Positions 1 to 14,564 of a stretch of DNA of 64,000 nt are shown piece after piece. This stretch comes from Eledone cirrhosa (taxonomy: Eukaryota): NCBI GenBank assembly GCA_964016885.1, contig OZ024758.1, positions 24,056,001 through 24,120,000 on the forward strand, in the 5' to 3' direction. How positions within the stretch are numbered: position 1 is the stretch's first letter; each line of letters begins with the position of its first letter. A program made the translations under genes and the position numbers. The notes under the pieces are model-generated. The model was not told the DNA's origin and ran no database searches. It was given only the letters and a program-made list of their open reading frames with translations.

Positions 1-470
1 ATGGGTCATGTTAACGTTATCACGTATGGGTCATGTTAACGTTATCACGTATGGGTCATGTTAACGTTATCACGCTTGGGTCATGTTAACGTTATCACGT
101 ATGGGTCATGTTAACGTTATCACGCTTGGGTCATGTTAACGTTATCACGCTTGGGTCGTGTTAACGTTATCACGCTTGGATCATGTTAACGTTATCTCGC
201 TTGGGATATGTTAACGTTATCACGTATGGGTCATGTTAACGTTATCACGTATGGGTCGTGTTAACGTTATCACGCATGGGTCGTGTTAACGTTATCACGC
301 TTGGGTCATGTTAACGTTATCACGCTTGGGTCATGTTAACGTTATCACGTATGGGTCATGTTAACGTTATCACGCTTGGGTCATGTTAACGTTATCACGC
401 TTGGGTCGTGTTAACGTTATCACGTATGGGTCATGTTAACGTTATCACGCTTGGGTCATGTTAACGTTAT
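1..470. repeat. 25-bp minisatellite (ATGGGTCATGTTAACGTTATCACGT), ~19 copies, truncated by the window start
   Basis: Directly visible tandem unit with few variants. Confidence 0.95.
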
Positions 471-582
471 TTCTCGTCTGACATAATTAGTTTTACTTCT
501 GAGTATAACACAGAATTTATTTTGTTCGTTGTTAATAACAGAACATTTCTTGTGTGTTTGTGAGGATAGCTTTGATTAATTA

Positions 583-765
583 ACTGTTTCTACTTTAGGC
601 ACAAGGCCAGCAATTACCCAGTGCATTACTGGTACTTTATTTTATCGACCCCGTAAGGATGAAAGGCAAAGTCAACCTCGGCGGGATTTGAACTCAGATC
701 GTAAAGGGACGTAACTATGCTGGAAAGCACGGCGTCCGACCCTCTACCGATACTGCCAATCCACT
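583..765 (-). mobile_element. tRNA-derived Meta/MESC-domain SINE, family A
   Basis: On the minus strand: A-box TGGCAGTATCGG, B-box GAGTTCAAATCC, central GCCTTTCATCCTTACGGGGTCGATAAAATAAAGTACCAG, tail GTAGAAACA(A/G)TTA; many near-identical copies in the window. Confidence 0.9.
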
Positions 766-914
766 TAACGGTAATGGAGTAGCCTACTTAAAAAAAGAGA
801 TATAGTGTTATGACTACATGAGTAGGCTGATTCGATAGGTCGATGATATAGTATGATAATTAGTACAGTTACTGCAATCAGTGACTGCGTGCTAAGCAAG
901 TTTCTATACAATGA

Positions 915-1021
915 TTTGGTATGGTCTCGTAACTCCTGATAGAGCCGTAGGGGCGCTGTATTGACATACGGCGTTTCTTGGGCATTTAAAGCCTGACGGA
1001 GCCCATCCCTCTCCAGGCCTG
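915..1021 (-). mobile_element. SINE family B 3' tail fragment
   Basis: Matches 1385-1510 and the reverse complement of 33735-33865. Confidence 0.75.
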
Positions 1022-1051
1022 AGTACAGTAGATTTCTTCCAGAGAGAGAGA

Positions 1052-1141
<90 letters not shown>

Positions 1142-1142
1142 A

Positions 1143-1199
<57 letters not shown>

Positions 1200-1203
1200 G
1201 AGA

Positions 1204-1235
<32 letters not shown>
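1022..1235. repeat. (GA)n/(GACA)n compound microsatellite
   Basis: Direct. Confidence 0.95.
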
Positions 1236-1236
<1 letters not shown>

Positions 1237-1384
1237 GAATCTACCCCGTACTTGACTGGTACATTTTAACCACTTTGCTTTCAATATCTTCGCAAATAAT
1301 AATAGAAAAACTTTATAAATATATTCTTGGTCTTTTACAAGCTCAGGTCAATTGCTATAATTCATTTCTCATTTATTTAATGAA

Positions 1385-1770
1385 ATGTATGTATGGTCAT
1401 GTAACTCCTGATAGAGTCGTATGGCGCCATATTGACATACGGCGTTTCTTGAGCATTTTAAGTCTGGCGGAGCCCATGACTCTCCATGTCTGAGTACAGC
1501 AGATTTTTCAGGGAGAGGAAGAATAGACCCCAGTAGTCGACTGGTACTTTTCTTTATCGACCTCGAAGGGATGAAAGGCAAAGCTGACCTCGGCGGGATT
1601 TGAACTCCGAGATCAGAGAGCTGGAATTAATACCACAAAGCATTCTACCTGACGTTCTAACGACTCTACCATTCTATCCGACGCGCTAACGACTCTACCA
1701 TTCTATCCGACGTTCTAACGACTCGGCCATTCTATCCGACGTTCTAACGACTCTCACAATTCGCCGCCTA
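1385..1770 (-). mobile_element. Meta-domain SINE family B (different head, longer tail ending in (TACA)n) with a ~29-bp internal tandem in its head
   Basis: B-box GAGTTCAAATCC and Meta core; homologous to 33522-33868 (+) and 53295-53862 (-). Confidence 0.85.
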
Positions 1771-2044
1771 TATACAATAATATATAAGGTTTAAAAAGCA
1801 GAAAACAAATTTATTTTCGAAAACAATCTAACATCATCTACTCACTCCACATCTCAAATGTTTGAAAATCATAAACAAAAATCATAAACAGATCTATTTC
1901 AAATAACAACAACACTGCAGATATTTAAAAATGGAAAATGAAGGGAAGAGTAAGGGCTTTGGGGCCATAGACAACTAGTTGATATTGTTGACGTCTTGTG
2001 AAGGAATGAAGATATTCCCAATCCTATCAAATGAAGGATAGTCA

Positions 2045-2104
2045 CATTGTCATTCCACGAGAGAATCTTGGTCAGCCGTATGAACTTTTCAGCCGACTCT
2101 CGTG
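2045..2104 (-). mobile_element. Terminal fragment of a mariner-type MITE, same family as 57537-59148
   Basis: Reverse complement ACGAGAGTCGGCTGAAAAGTTCATACGGCTGACCAAGATTCTCTCGTGGAATGAC matches the TIR and 90-bp unit at 57537-59148. Confidence 0.75.
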
Positions 2105-2377
2105 GTTCTGAAACATTGTTAAGTCGATCCCTCTTTTCTCTGTCTCTATATCTCTCTCTCCTCCCACTGTCTCTAGCCCCCATCCATTTCTCTACTCCCT
2201 CCTACTCTGAAACTTGGTTGGAGATGGTAAACAATGTTATAAAGTACCACTTGAACACAGTACCTGGTTTTAAACATGAGATATATTTGAACATGCCGGA
2301 TAACTTGTTGTTTCTATTTTATATATAGAAAATGACAAGAATTAGGAAAATTCTGAACCACGCTGAGTAAACAGATA

Positions 2378-2562
2378 ATAATTGTTTCTACTTTAGGCAC
2401 AAGGCCAGCAATTACCCAGTGCATTACTGGTACTTTATTTTATCGACCCCGTAAGGATGAAAGGCAAAGTCAACCTCGGCGGGATTTGAACTCAGACGGT
2501 AAAGGGACGTAACTATGCTGGAAAGCATGGCGTCCGACCCTCTACCGATACTGCCAATCCAC
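2378..2562 (-). mobile_element. SINE family A
   Basis: Near-identical to 583-765. Confidence 0.9.
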
Positions 2563-2599
2563 AACAGATAATAATAATAATAATAATAATAAAAATAAT

Positions 2600-2789
2600 A
2601 ACTGTTTCTACGTTTGGCACAAAGCCAGCAATTACCCAGTGTATTACTGGTACTTTATTTTATCGACCCCGTAAGGATGAAAGGCAAAGTTAACCTCGGC
2701 GGGATTTGAACTCAGAATGGCAAGGGCCGTAACTCTTTGCGTTAAAGCATGGCGTCCGACCCTCTACCGATACTGCCAATCCACCGCCT
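2600..2789 (-). mobile_element. SINE family A
   Basis: Full head GGCGGTGGATTGGCAG plus Meta core. Confidence 0.9.
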
Positions 2790-2956
2790 AATAATAAAAA
2801 TAATAACAACAACATTTGATATCTCTAGTCGGTAAGCTGATACAGTCATTGCTTGTATAGTTTATTGAACTTCATCAGTTTGACGACCTCGTTATAAGAA
2901 ACAACAAACACTGAATACTCGGCAAGACGTTGAATTCTACAGTGGATTATTAAAAT

Positions 2957-3272
2957 GTGGCAGTATCGGTAGAGGGTCGGACGCCATGTTAGGGTGGTGG
3001 ATTGGCAGTATCGGTAGAGGGTCGGACGCCATGTTAGGGTGGTGGATTGGCAGTATCGGTAGAGGGTCGGACGCCATGTTAGGGTGGTGGATTGGCAGTA
3101 TCGGTAGAGGGTCGGACGCCATGCTTTCCAGCATAGTTACGTCCCTTTACGATCTGAGTTCAAATCCCGCCGAGGTTGACTTTGCCTTTCATCCTTACGG
3201 GGTCGATAAAATAAAGTACCAGTAATGCACTGGGTAATTGCTGGCCTTGTGCCTAAAGTAGAAACAATTATT
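2957..3272 (+). mobile_element. SINE family A preceded by three extra tandem 45-bp copies of its 5' end
   Basis: TGGCAGTATCGGTAGAGGGTCGGACGCCATGTTAGGGTGGTGGAT repeated, then a full SINE. Confidence 0.9.
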
Positions 3273-3283
3273 AAAATGAATAG

Positions 3284-3485
3284 ATCTATATTATAATAAG
3301 AGCGTTGCCTGTCCGTCTGTCAGTCCCCCATCTGTCACGCTCACTTTATATATAGAGGCGAGGAGCAACAGGTGAGAGATATGTATATAGATAGATAGAG
3401 AGGGAGGGAACAGCGAACGTCGTGTGTTTTCGAGGTGACAGAAAGAGATAGATAGGAAGTTACGACGTCACCCTCATCTATAGAG
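3284..3485 (+). mobile_element. Possible Helentron-associated (HINE/DINE-1-like) non-autonomous end
   Basis: Starts ATCTATATTATAATAAGAG followed by a short CTGT-type repeat, as in HINEs; pattern resemblance only. Confidence 0.35.
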
Positions 3486-3489
3486 AGAG

Positions 3490-4650
3490 GGTGATGGTGA
3501 TGGTGTTGATGATGGTGATGATGGTCATGATAGAAGTGGTGACGATGGTGGTGATGGTCATGAGGCTGATGGTGGCGATGATGGTCATGAGGGTGATCAT
3601 GATGATGATGATGATGGTGATGGTCATGATGATGATGGTCATGGTCATGATGATGATGATGATGATGATGGTGAGATGATGATGAGGGTGAGATGATGAT
3701 GGTGGTGGTGATGGTCATGAGGGTGATGATGGCGATGATGGTCATGATGATGATGGTGATGGTCATGATGATGATGGTGGTGATGATGAGATGATGATGG
3801 TGGTGGTGGTGATGATGGTGATGATGATGATGATGGTGATGGTCAGGATGATGATGAGATGATGATGATGGTGGTGATGAGATGATGATGGTGGTGGTGG
3901 TGATGATGACCAAGATGATGAAGGGGATGATGATGATGATAATGATGCGGAGGAGGAGGAGGAGGATGATAATGAAGATGTGGATGATAAGGGTGATGAT
4001 GATGATGAAGATGAAGTTGAGGATGATAGCAATACTAATGCTGGTGATGGTGATGATGATGATGGTGAACATAATTTTTCATAATCAACATCAGCATCAA
4101 CGCCATCATCTTCATTGTAATTTCTTTTTGGTGATGATGATGATGGTGATGATGGCAATACTAGTGTTGGTGATGATGATGATGGTAACGACGATGGTGA
4201 ACATCATATTTCATAACCATCACCTACACCAACGTCATTACCACCACTACCACTACCATCACAATCACCATCACCATCACCACCATCATTGCCGCCATCA
4301 CCACCACCATCACCATCACCACCCTCATTACCATCATCATCACTACCATCATTACCACCACCACCACCCTCATTAGCATCATCATCACCACCATCATTAC
4401 CACCACCATCACCATCACCACTAGCACCACCACCACCACCACCATCAACATCACCACCACCAACATCACCAACATCACTACCACCATCACCACCACCACT
4501 ACCATCCCCACTACCATCCCCACCAACATCACCACCACCATCACTACCACCACCACCACCAACAACATCACCAACATCACTACCACCACCACCACCACCA
4601 TCACCAACATCACCACCACCATCATCACCATCACCATCACCACCACCATT
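3490..4650. repeat. Degenerate (GAT/GGT)n then (CAT/CAC)n trinucleotide array
   Basis: Direct; strand polarity flips near 4200. Confidence 0.95.
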
Positions 4651-5225
4651 ATTATTTTTATTTCTTTTTAAAGCTCCTGCTGAGTTTAATATCGTTATTC
4701 TGATTAGATTGTTGTTGATGTTATTCTGATTAGATTGCTGTTGTTCTGATTAGATTGTTGTTGTTATTGTTGTTGTTGTTCAGAGTTATGTCCTCCATAT
4801 TGAAGACGTAATGCTCATATGCAAATAACCCCCTAGAGAGGGTCTGACACTGAATAAATCTCTCCGATCAGTTTGACCAATGTCATATTAAATATGTTCT
4901 GTTGAGATTTAGATTTCTCATCAAATTGTTGAACAACAGAAGAAGTAAATATTGTGTTTGATAATCCACGTCAATCTAGCAACAAGTCGACCTCGACAAA
5001 CCATCCTACATCAACTTTCGTTCAAGTGTTAGTAGGTTTGTATCTTGGCTACCTATCATATATAGGTACTGAGATAATATATCAGTGGAAGCTGCTGCGA
5101 TATGTGTTTACTTAAAGTGGACAGATCAACTGACAGAAAGATGTATGTATGTATGTATGTATGTATGTATGTATGTATGTATGTATGTGTGCGTGTGTGC
5201 GTGTGTGCGTGTGTGCGTGTGTGCG

Positions 5226-5262
<37 letters not shown>

Positions 5263-5265
<3 letters not shown>

Positions 5266-5590
5266 CTCTTTCTCTTAATTTCGAGTATTTTTTTTGACCG
5301 GCCACCTTCCTGGTGGCAAGGTTCTAAAAGAAAAGAAATTGTCATCCCTTGAATCGCAAGAATGTTTGGCAAATTTTGAAGGTGCCAGCTATCGCAGCCA
5401 TTTGTAGACCATGAATTAGGGAGCTGCGCTCTTTGTCCGCAAATCCAAGTTCAGTCATACTTTGGTCTAAGCGGGTTGGTATATAACCCGTAGCTCCAAT
5501 AATGATGGGGATGAAGCTAAAGGTGTATCTTGGATACTGGATTTGTAAACTCCTCATCAATGGTCCGTAGATGTCCTTCTCCTGTATTTT
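5263..5590 (-). mobile_element. 5'-truncated R4/Dong-like non-LTR retrotransposon 3' end, family A
   Basis: Translation ...EKDIYGPLMRSLQIQYPRYTFSFIPIIIGATGYIP...LQMAAIAGTFKICQTFLRFKG* resembles an RLE-domain C-terminus; flanked by TATG/TG repeats. Confidence 0.75.
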
Positions 5591-5627
5591 TCTGTATGTA
5601 TTTGTGTGTGTATGTATATATGTATGT

Positions 5628-6216
5628 ATGTTCTTCTGGTTTTATAATTTCACAAAGTTTTACCAATAGAGAGAGAGTCGGTTTCTAACATAGACACAAG
5701 ACTCTCTCATTGGAATTTACACAACATCAACTAGGTAGATATGTATGTATGCATGCATGCATGTGTAGATATGGATGTTATTGTATGTGTGGATGTGTAT
5801 GTTTTGAATTGTATGTGTGCATGTGTATATGCTTTGTATCTGTACATGTGCATATGCAGTTATTAGATGCAACATTTTTGGAATGTTTTACATATTTTTA
5901 CTGTTCCATTAATAGATTGTACTTGTAGTTTCCTAACTAGTTGTGTTCTTTCTGTTCCTGTGAAGCTTAACTTCTCAAGATTTGTATTGAGGCAGTTACT
6001 AACATATCCCAGTGCCCCAACAATCACAGGCATAAATCTGAAGGTGTAATCAGAGTGGAGTATCTGCAGATTTCTCATCAATTCTGCATAAATATTCTCC
6101 TTTTCACTAATCTTTGATATTATATTGGCATCTGCTGGGCAGCTAATTTCCACTACTGTGCATGCTTTCTTCTCCCTGTCCCATATCATAATATCTGGTC
6201 TGTTATGCCTGCATAA
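5628..6216 (-). mobile_element. 5'-truncated R4/Dong-like non-LTR retrotransposon, family B, restriction-like endonuclease domain plus 3' UTR
   Basis: CRHNRPDIMIWDREKKACTVVEISCPADANIISKISEKENIY...PVIVGALG carries the PD..E..P...K..Y RLE motif; 3' end runs into (TACA)n. Confidence 0.85.
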
Positions 6217-6247
<31 letters not shown>

Positions 6248-6368
6248 TGTATGTATGTATGTATGTATGTATGTATGTATGTATGTATGTATGTATGTAT
6301 GTATGTATGTATGTATGTATGTATGTATGTATGTATGTATGTATTTGTGCATGCATGTATGTATGTAT
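6217..6368. repeat. (TATG)n microsatellite
   Basis: Direct. Confidence 0.95.
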
Positions 6369-6560
6369 GTCTTTCTCTTAAGTTCGAGTACATTTTTGAC
6401 CGGCCACCTTCCTGGTGGCAAGGTTGTAAAAGAAAAGAAATTGTCATCCCTTGAATCGCAAGAATGTTTTGCAAATTTTAAAGGTGCTAGCTATCGCTGC
6501 CATTTGTAGTCTGGGAATTAGGGAGCTGCCTCCTTTGTCCACAAATCCAAGTTCAGTTAT
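6369..6560 (-). mobile_element. Second R4-like family A 3' end
   Basis: Highly similar to 5263-5460. Confidence 0.8.
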
Positions 6561-6634
6561 GTATGTATAGCATTTTATCGGGCAATGGCAATCCTTGAAC
6601 ACGAGTTTGCAGCCATCATATATATATATATAAG

Positions 6635-7460
6635 CAGAAGAGATATTCAATTTGTTGGTAATTCAACAAATATAAATGTTTATAACTGATTTAGAGCACT
6701 CGACAGTTTTCTGGAGTATAATATTCAGTGATATTAAATAAATGTATCGATTAACAAACAGGGTTGGAGTTGTCTTTCCTTTCTCAATTACTATATGTAA
6801 CCTCGCTAATAATATGAAAACATTTTCGGTGGTGAGCAGGATGTTCAAATCCATGGATTGTTCTCGTCTCATGACTTGAGGTGCCTGTTTATTTACATAA
6901 AACACAGGGTCAGCTTCCCTCGTGGCTCATATTGTAGACAACTAATGGTTGTAAATTTTCTTATTAACATATACAGATATTTATACATATAACCTACTAC
7001 AAAATTGTAATAAGATAAATACTTACAAAAAAAATTCTCCATATAAGTATATACATAATATAGGTAAATATTCAAATTTCCCCCCCCCAAATTAACATAA
7101 TTTTAAGGTCTTCCTTTCTTTTTTCCTTTTCTTCCTTTTCTTTTTTTCCTACTAATACAAACACATATCTAAATTCTCCATAGCGTCTAAAATAAGGTTG
7201 TTGTTTTTAATATATACCTCAACCTCATTTACATATTTATTTGCATACTCATCTTAACAATTTTGAAAAATCTGTCTCTAAGTCCACTATCCAAAGAAAA
7301 CTTGAACCATTAAGGTATATTCCTTGGATATGTCAAAATTTATAAAACACACTTTGTATTTTATCTGATGAAAGCGTACCAAAGTTTTTGGTACCCTTGA
7401 AATATATATAATAGAATAAATATGGTTTCATAAATATAGTTTCCATTTATTCAATATCAC
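6635..7460 (+). mobile_element. Non-coding hammerhead-bearing element (PLE pLTR or retrozyme-like)
   Basis: Begins after (TA)n with hairpin ATTTGTTGG..CAACAAAT and ends with a hammerhead; both ends are shared with 63590-63740. Confidence 0.55.
7361..7414 (+). ncRNA. Minimal type-I hammerhead ribozyme
   Basis: tat CTGATGA AAGCGTACCAAA gtt TTTGGTACCCTT GAAA TATATATA ata: core, long stem II, palindromic stem III, 3-bp stem I. Confidence 0.75.
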
Positions 7461-7461
7461 G

Positions 7462-7730
7462 GAATATATGCGCAGCAAGTTCAGATGGGCTGGACACGTC
7501 GCCCCGGTTCACCGATAATCGATGGCCCCGTGCAGTTGCCGAGTGGTACCCGCGCGAGCGGAAACGACCACTCGAAAGGCCTCCACGAAGGTGGAGTTAC
7601 GATTTTAGGAATATGATTGGGACTACATGGATGAGGAAAGCACGATCCAGAGAGGAATGGACGGCGTGCTATGATCAGCGCCGCCGAATGGACGCCCGAC
7701 AGACTGGTCGGTCAAGGTGATAAAGGTGAT
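7462..7730 (+). mobile_element. RTE-clade LINE 3' fragment (frameshifted)
   Basis: SKFRWAGHVA/RFTDNRWPRAVAEWYPRERKRPLERPPRRW, then short tail repeat AAGGTGAT x2. Confidence 0.8.
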
Positions 7731-7874
7731 ATATATATATAGAGAGAGAGATAGAGAGAGAGGAGAGAGAGGGAGGAGAGAGAGGGAGAGAGAGGGAGGA
7801 GAGAGAGAGGAGAGAAAGAGAGGGAGAGAGAGAGAGGGATAGAAAGAAAGACAAGTATGTAGGTAGTTATATAG

Positions 7875-8004
7875 GCTTCTTCTGCTTCGCCCACTTATTC
7901 CCGAGAGAGTCGTGGATGGGGGCGGGAGGGCAGAGTCCTCAAGTATTCCCTCCAGCGTGTTCTGTCAGAAGCAACCGTTTCCAATCGACCCGGCTTGACG
8001 CCCA

Positions 8005-8038
<34 letters not shown>

Positions 8039-8592
8039 ACGTACATATAAACATACACACACAAACAAACATATGGTATGAAGATATTGCCGGATAGTCA
8101 AATCCTGTTAGAAGCAATCGTCTCCAATTCATCCGCCATGATCTCCAAGCGAAACCAGCCAAGCCCATGGATGTTTTCCAACCAGCTTGGTATCTACCCC
8201 TGGGTCGCCTACCGGTTGGTTTTGCTCGTGAAATCTGTCCAGCGATTCTTTCCTGAGACATTCTCACCACATGTTCATAGTATCGGAGCAGCGATCTCTC
8301 AATTCGGAGATAAGTGGCTCAACCTGGAGTGATTCTCGGATCTCCGAGCGATGGACTCTTTCAAGTAACGTGACTCCTTTCAGAAGCGATCATCCGGCTT
8401 GACCCCAAAGCTCATGGATGTTATGTAACCAGCTTGGTTGTGGTCCATTCCTGGGTCTCCTGTCGGTTGGGTTTGCCTGTAAAATTTATCCAGCGATTCA
8501 TCCCTGAGACATTCTAACGGCATATACGTAATACTGGAGCTGTGATCTCTCAATTCGGAAAAGTAGCGGCTCAACCTGGAGTAACTCTCAGA
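7875..8592 (-). mobile_element. Degraded, tandemly duplicated RTE-clade LINE 3' fragments interrupted by (CA)n
   Basis: VRMSQERIAGQISRAKPTGRRPRGR; homologous to 17330-17640. Confidence 0.75.
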
Positions 8593-8724
8593 TGGCTAGG
8601 TAGAGGTATAAGTACAGTGCCTGTCACTAAACATTGGTTGGCTGACTCGTTCAATTAGAACCACCATCTATCCAATGGACTTTCAAACGGTTTCCATCTA
8701 CTTCATTTACATCAGCAGGTCTGA

Positions 8725-8880
8725 TGCGTGCATGCGTGCAGGAATGAATGTCATTGTATGTGTGGATCTGTATGTTTTAAGTTATATGTATACACGTGCA
8801 CATATTTTTATATCTATACATGTGTATATGCACTTATTACATGCAGAATATTTGGAATGTATTACATATTTTGAAAAAGG
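8725..8880 (-). mobile_element. Old R4-like family B 3' remnant
   Basis: KICNTFQIFCM* and UTR similar to 5740-5900. Confidence 0.5.
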
Positions 8881-9166
8881 TATGTATGAATGTACATGTG
8901 CCTGTGCGCATGTGTAACACTGATTAAGAACCCTATGGCAATGGATGGATTTGTGGAAAGGTTTAATATAAGTGAATCTGATCGTTGAACGAATGTTTAA
9001 GAAATTGGATTTGGAAACCAAACTCAGCACGTTTCTCCCATAATTGACACAATTCACTCGTGCCGACAAATTTATCTTGGTTTAGCCGTAATGATAGACG
9101 GTTGATGGAACTTGCTAGAAGCTTGTGGGAATATATTTGGGAAATGATTAAGAGAGGCATAGCAAT

Positions 9167-9169
9167 ATG

Positions 9170-9216
<47 letters not shown>

Positions 9217-9591
9217 GTATATATGTATATATATATGTATATATATATATATATATATATACTTTCAGAATTCAGAAAGGGACAACCAATGTTATTACTC
9301 AGTTAAAACCATTTATTTCTACAACTGTATATATGTATATATAATATATATATAATATATATATATAATATATATATATAATATATATATTATATATACA
9401 TATATATATATATAATATATAATAAATATAATATAATATATATATAATATATAATATATATAATATAATATATAATATATATAATATAATATATATATAA
9501 TATATATAATATAATATATATATAATATATATATAATATATAATATATATAATATAATATATATATAATATATATATAATATATATATATT

Positions 9592-9631
<40 letters not shown>

Positions 9632-10175
9632 TATAATATATATAATATATATATAATATATATAATATATATTATATAATATATATATAATATATATATA
9701 TTTATATATAATATATATATATATATAATATATATTATATAATATATATATAATATATATATATTTATATATAATATATATATATATATAATATATATAA
9801 TATATATATATCTAATATATATAATATATATATATATAATATATATAATATATATAATATATATATAATATATATATAATATATATATATCTAATATATC
9901 TAATATATATATATATAATATATATATAATATATATATAATATATATATATCTAATATATATAATATATATATATATATAATATATATAATATAATATAT
10001 ATAATATATATAATATATATAATATAATATATATAATATATATATATATAATATATAAAATATATATATATATAATATATATAATATAATATATAATATA
10101 TATATAATATATATAATGTACATATATAATATATATAATATATATATAATATATATATAATATATATAATACATA
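9167..10175. repeat. (TA)n/(TAA)-punctuated AT array with a short unique insert at ~9262-9326
   Basis: Direct. Confidence 0.95.
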
Positions 10176-10359
10176 TTCACATATTCACATAAACCTCATA
10201 ACATACAGATCCACACGTATCACATGACTAATAATTGTTTCTACTTTTTGGCACAAGGCCAGCACATCACCAGTGCATTACTGGTACTTTATTTTAAATG
10301 CTGTCCTGTAACTCTTTCTTTGCTGTTGTAAGATAAAAACAAAACAGTTTTTCTTTTAA

Positions 10360-10858
10360 TATACAATTCGTAGTGCACTCTTGAAGACTGAACAACCGCG
10401 AATATTGGACGTGTTCATAAAAATGCCTATAAACGTCAAACCGTAACGTAAAATATAGGAAGGCAAATACGGTATATTGTTATTAATTTAGCTGGCAGTA
10501 TCGGTAGAGGGTCGGACGCCATGCTTTCCAGCATAGTTACGTCCCTTTACGATCTGAGTTCAAATCCCGCCGAGGTTGACTTTGCCTTTCATCCTTACGG
10601 GGTCGATAAAATAAAGTACCAGTAATGCACTGGGTAATTGCTGGCCTTGTGCCTAGAGTAGAAACAGTTATTAATTTAGCGTTAAAAGCCTGAAAAAATA
10701 TATATTGCCACGAAAAAAGCCATTAAAAAATCACGGAAGATATTTAAGATCCCACGAATATGTGGTGGTTTCCACGGACAATTATTAGTGAGGTTCTAAG
10801 GAAAATTCCGCGAATAACTGAAACCGCGAAATTCGGGGGTACACTATATATTTCGAAA
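10360..10858. mobile_element. Tigger/pogo-type MITE interrupted by a SINE
   Basis: Right end CCGCGAAATTCGGGGGTACACTATA; body homologous to 32961-33507. Confidence 0.7.
10493..10668 (+). mobile_element. SINE family A with 14-bp target-site duplication
   Basis: GTTATTAATTTAGC at 10479-10492 and 10667-10680. Confidence 0.9.
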
Positions 10859-10957
10859 TATAGAGTTACTGCGAGTGAGAGATGTCAACAAATCTATATA
10901 ACACAATGTGAGAAAATATCGATAAACAGGGATCTAACCTAACCGAGCATTTCTTAT

Positions 10958-12053
10958 TCGTGCTGGTCGTCTTTAAGATTTCTAGTATTTTCGGTCCTCA
11001 AAATACCTTTTTTTTCCACACCTTCTGATACGTGAACAAATCGACGCCCTTATTGTCAGAAGAACACCTTAATCACAAGCCACACACCTTCACATTTATG
11101 CTATACATATTCCTGACCGACCCTTTCTTTTTCGCGCTGGTCGTCTTTAAGATTTCGATCCCTAAACTGCCTTCTACACCTGATACGTGAACAAACCGAC
11201 GCCCTTATTGTAAGAAGAACACCCTAATCACAAGCCACACACCTTCACATTTATGCTATACATATTCCTGACCGACCCTTTCTTTTTCGTGCTGGTCGTC
11301 TTTAAGATTTCGATCCCTAAACTGCCTTCTACACCTGATACGTGAACAAACCGACGCCCTTATTGTAAGAAGAACACCTTAATCACAAGCCACACACCTT
11401 CAGATTTATGCTATACATATTCCTGACCGACCCTTTCTTTTTCGTGCTGGTCGTCTTTAAGATTTCGATCCCTAAACTGCCTTCTACACCTGATACGTGA
11501 ACAAACCGACGCCCTTATTGTAAGAAGAACACCCTAATCACAAGCCACACACCTTCACATTTATGCTATACATATTCCTGACCGACCCTTTCTTTTTCGT
11601 GCTGGTCGTCTTTAAGATTTCGATCCCTAAACTGCCTTCTACACCTGATACGTGAACAAACCGATGCCCTTATTGTAAGAAGAACACCTTAATTTCTAAG
11701 CTACACACCTTCACATTTATGCTATACATATTCCTGACCGACCCTTTCTTTTTCGTGCTGGTCGTCTTTAAGATTTCGATCCCTAAACTGCCTTCTACAC
11801 CTGATACGTGAACAAACCGATGCCCTTATTGTAAGAAGAACACCTTAATTTCTAAGCTACACACCTTCACATTTATGCTATACATATTCCTGACCGACCC
11901 TTTCTTTTTCGTGCTGGTCGTCTTTAAGATTTCGATCCCTAAACTGCCTTCTTGCCTTCTACACCTGATACGTGAACAAACCGACGCCCTTATTGTAAGA
12001 AGAACACCTTAATCACAAGCCACACACCTTCACATTTATGCTATACATATTCC
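10958..12053. repeat. 155-bp tandem repeat, ~7 copies
   Basis: GCTGGTCGTCTTTAAG at 11136, 11291, 11446, 11601... Confidence 0.95.
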
Positions 12054-12276
12054 ATTACAATATATACTTTGTGAGGAAGTTAGACAAAACAAAATTTCAG
12101 CACGATTTGATATTTCTGAAGTGTGATATTCCATAATGATTCGCGACATTTAAAATTGATTTAAAAATGTGATAAAGTCTGCTTCGAATTAGGCCAAAAG
12201 CACGAATTATTTGAGTTAATAGCTCGGCTTATAAAGCTTCAGGCTTTGTTTCTAACGGACAATGGCGTTACTATTG

Positions 12277-12325
<49 letters not shown>

Positions 12326-12356
12326 AAAACAAGTTCAAGCACTCAAAAGAATGACA

Positions 12357-14160
<1,804 letters not shown>

Positions 14161-14197
14161 AAACATTTATACCGTTAGTAGTACTTAAGTAATAAAA

Positions 14198-14385
14198 TAA
14201 TTGTTTCTACTTTTTGGCACAAGGCCAGCAATTACCCAGTACATTACTGGTACTTTATTTTATCGACCCCGTAAGGATGAAAGGAAAAGTTAACCTCGGC
14301 GGGATTTGAACTCAGTCCATCAAGGGAAGTAACTATTTGCTGCAAAGCATGGCGTCCGACCCTCCACCGATACTGCTAACCCACC
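14198..14385 (-). mobile_element. SINE family A
   Basis: Full copy flanked by an AATAAAATAAT direct repeat. Confidence 0.9.
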
Positions 14386-14564
14386 AATAAAATAATATCT
14401 CAGAATCATCAATAAAATATTTCACACAAACATCAAAAACTCCAAAGCTAAACATTAGCTGTCTGTAGTTCCCCGACTACAATACATGTTGACTGTTCTT
14501 TTCTTTACTTAGTACTGCTGTCTGTCTCTCTGTCTTAGTACTGCTGTCTATCTGTCTGTATGTA

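Noticed and set aside
583-765. tRNA genes at A/B-box sites
   Set aside because: No cloverleaf; the boxes belong to SINE heads followed by the Meta core
3341-4729. His-, Pro- and Met/Val-rich ORFs
   Set aside because: Trinucleotide microsatellite open in several frames on both strands
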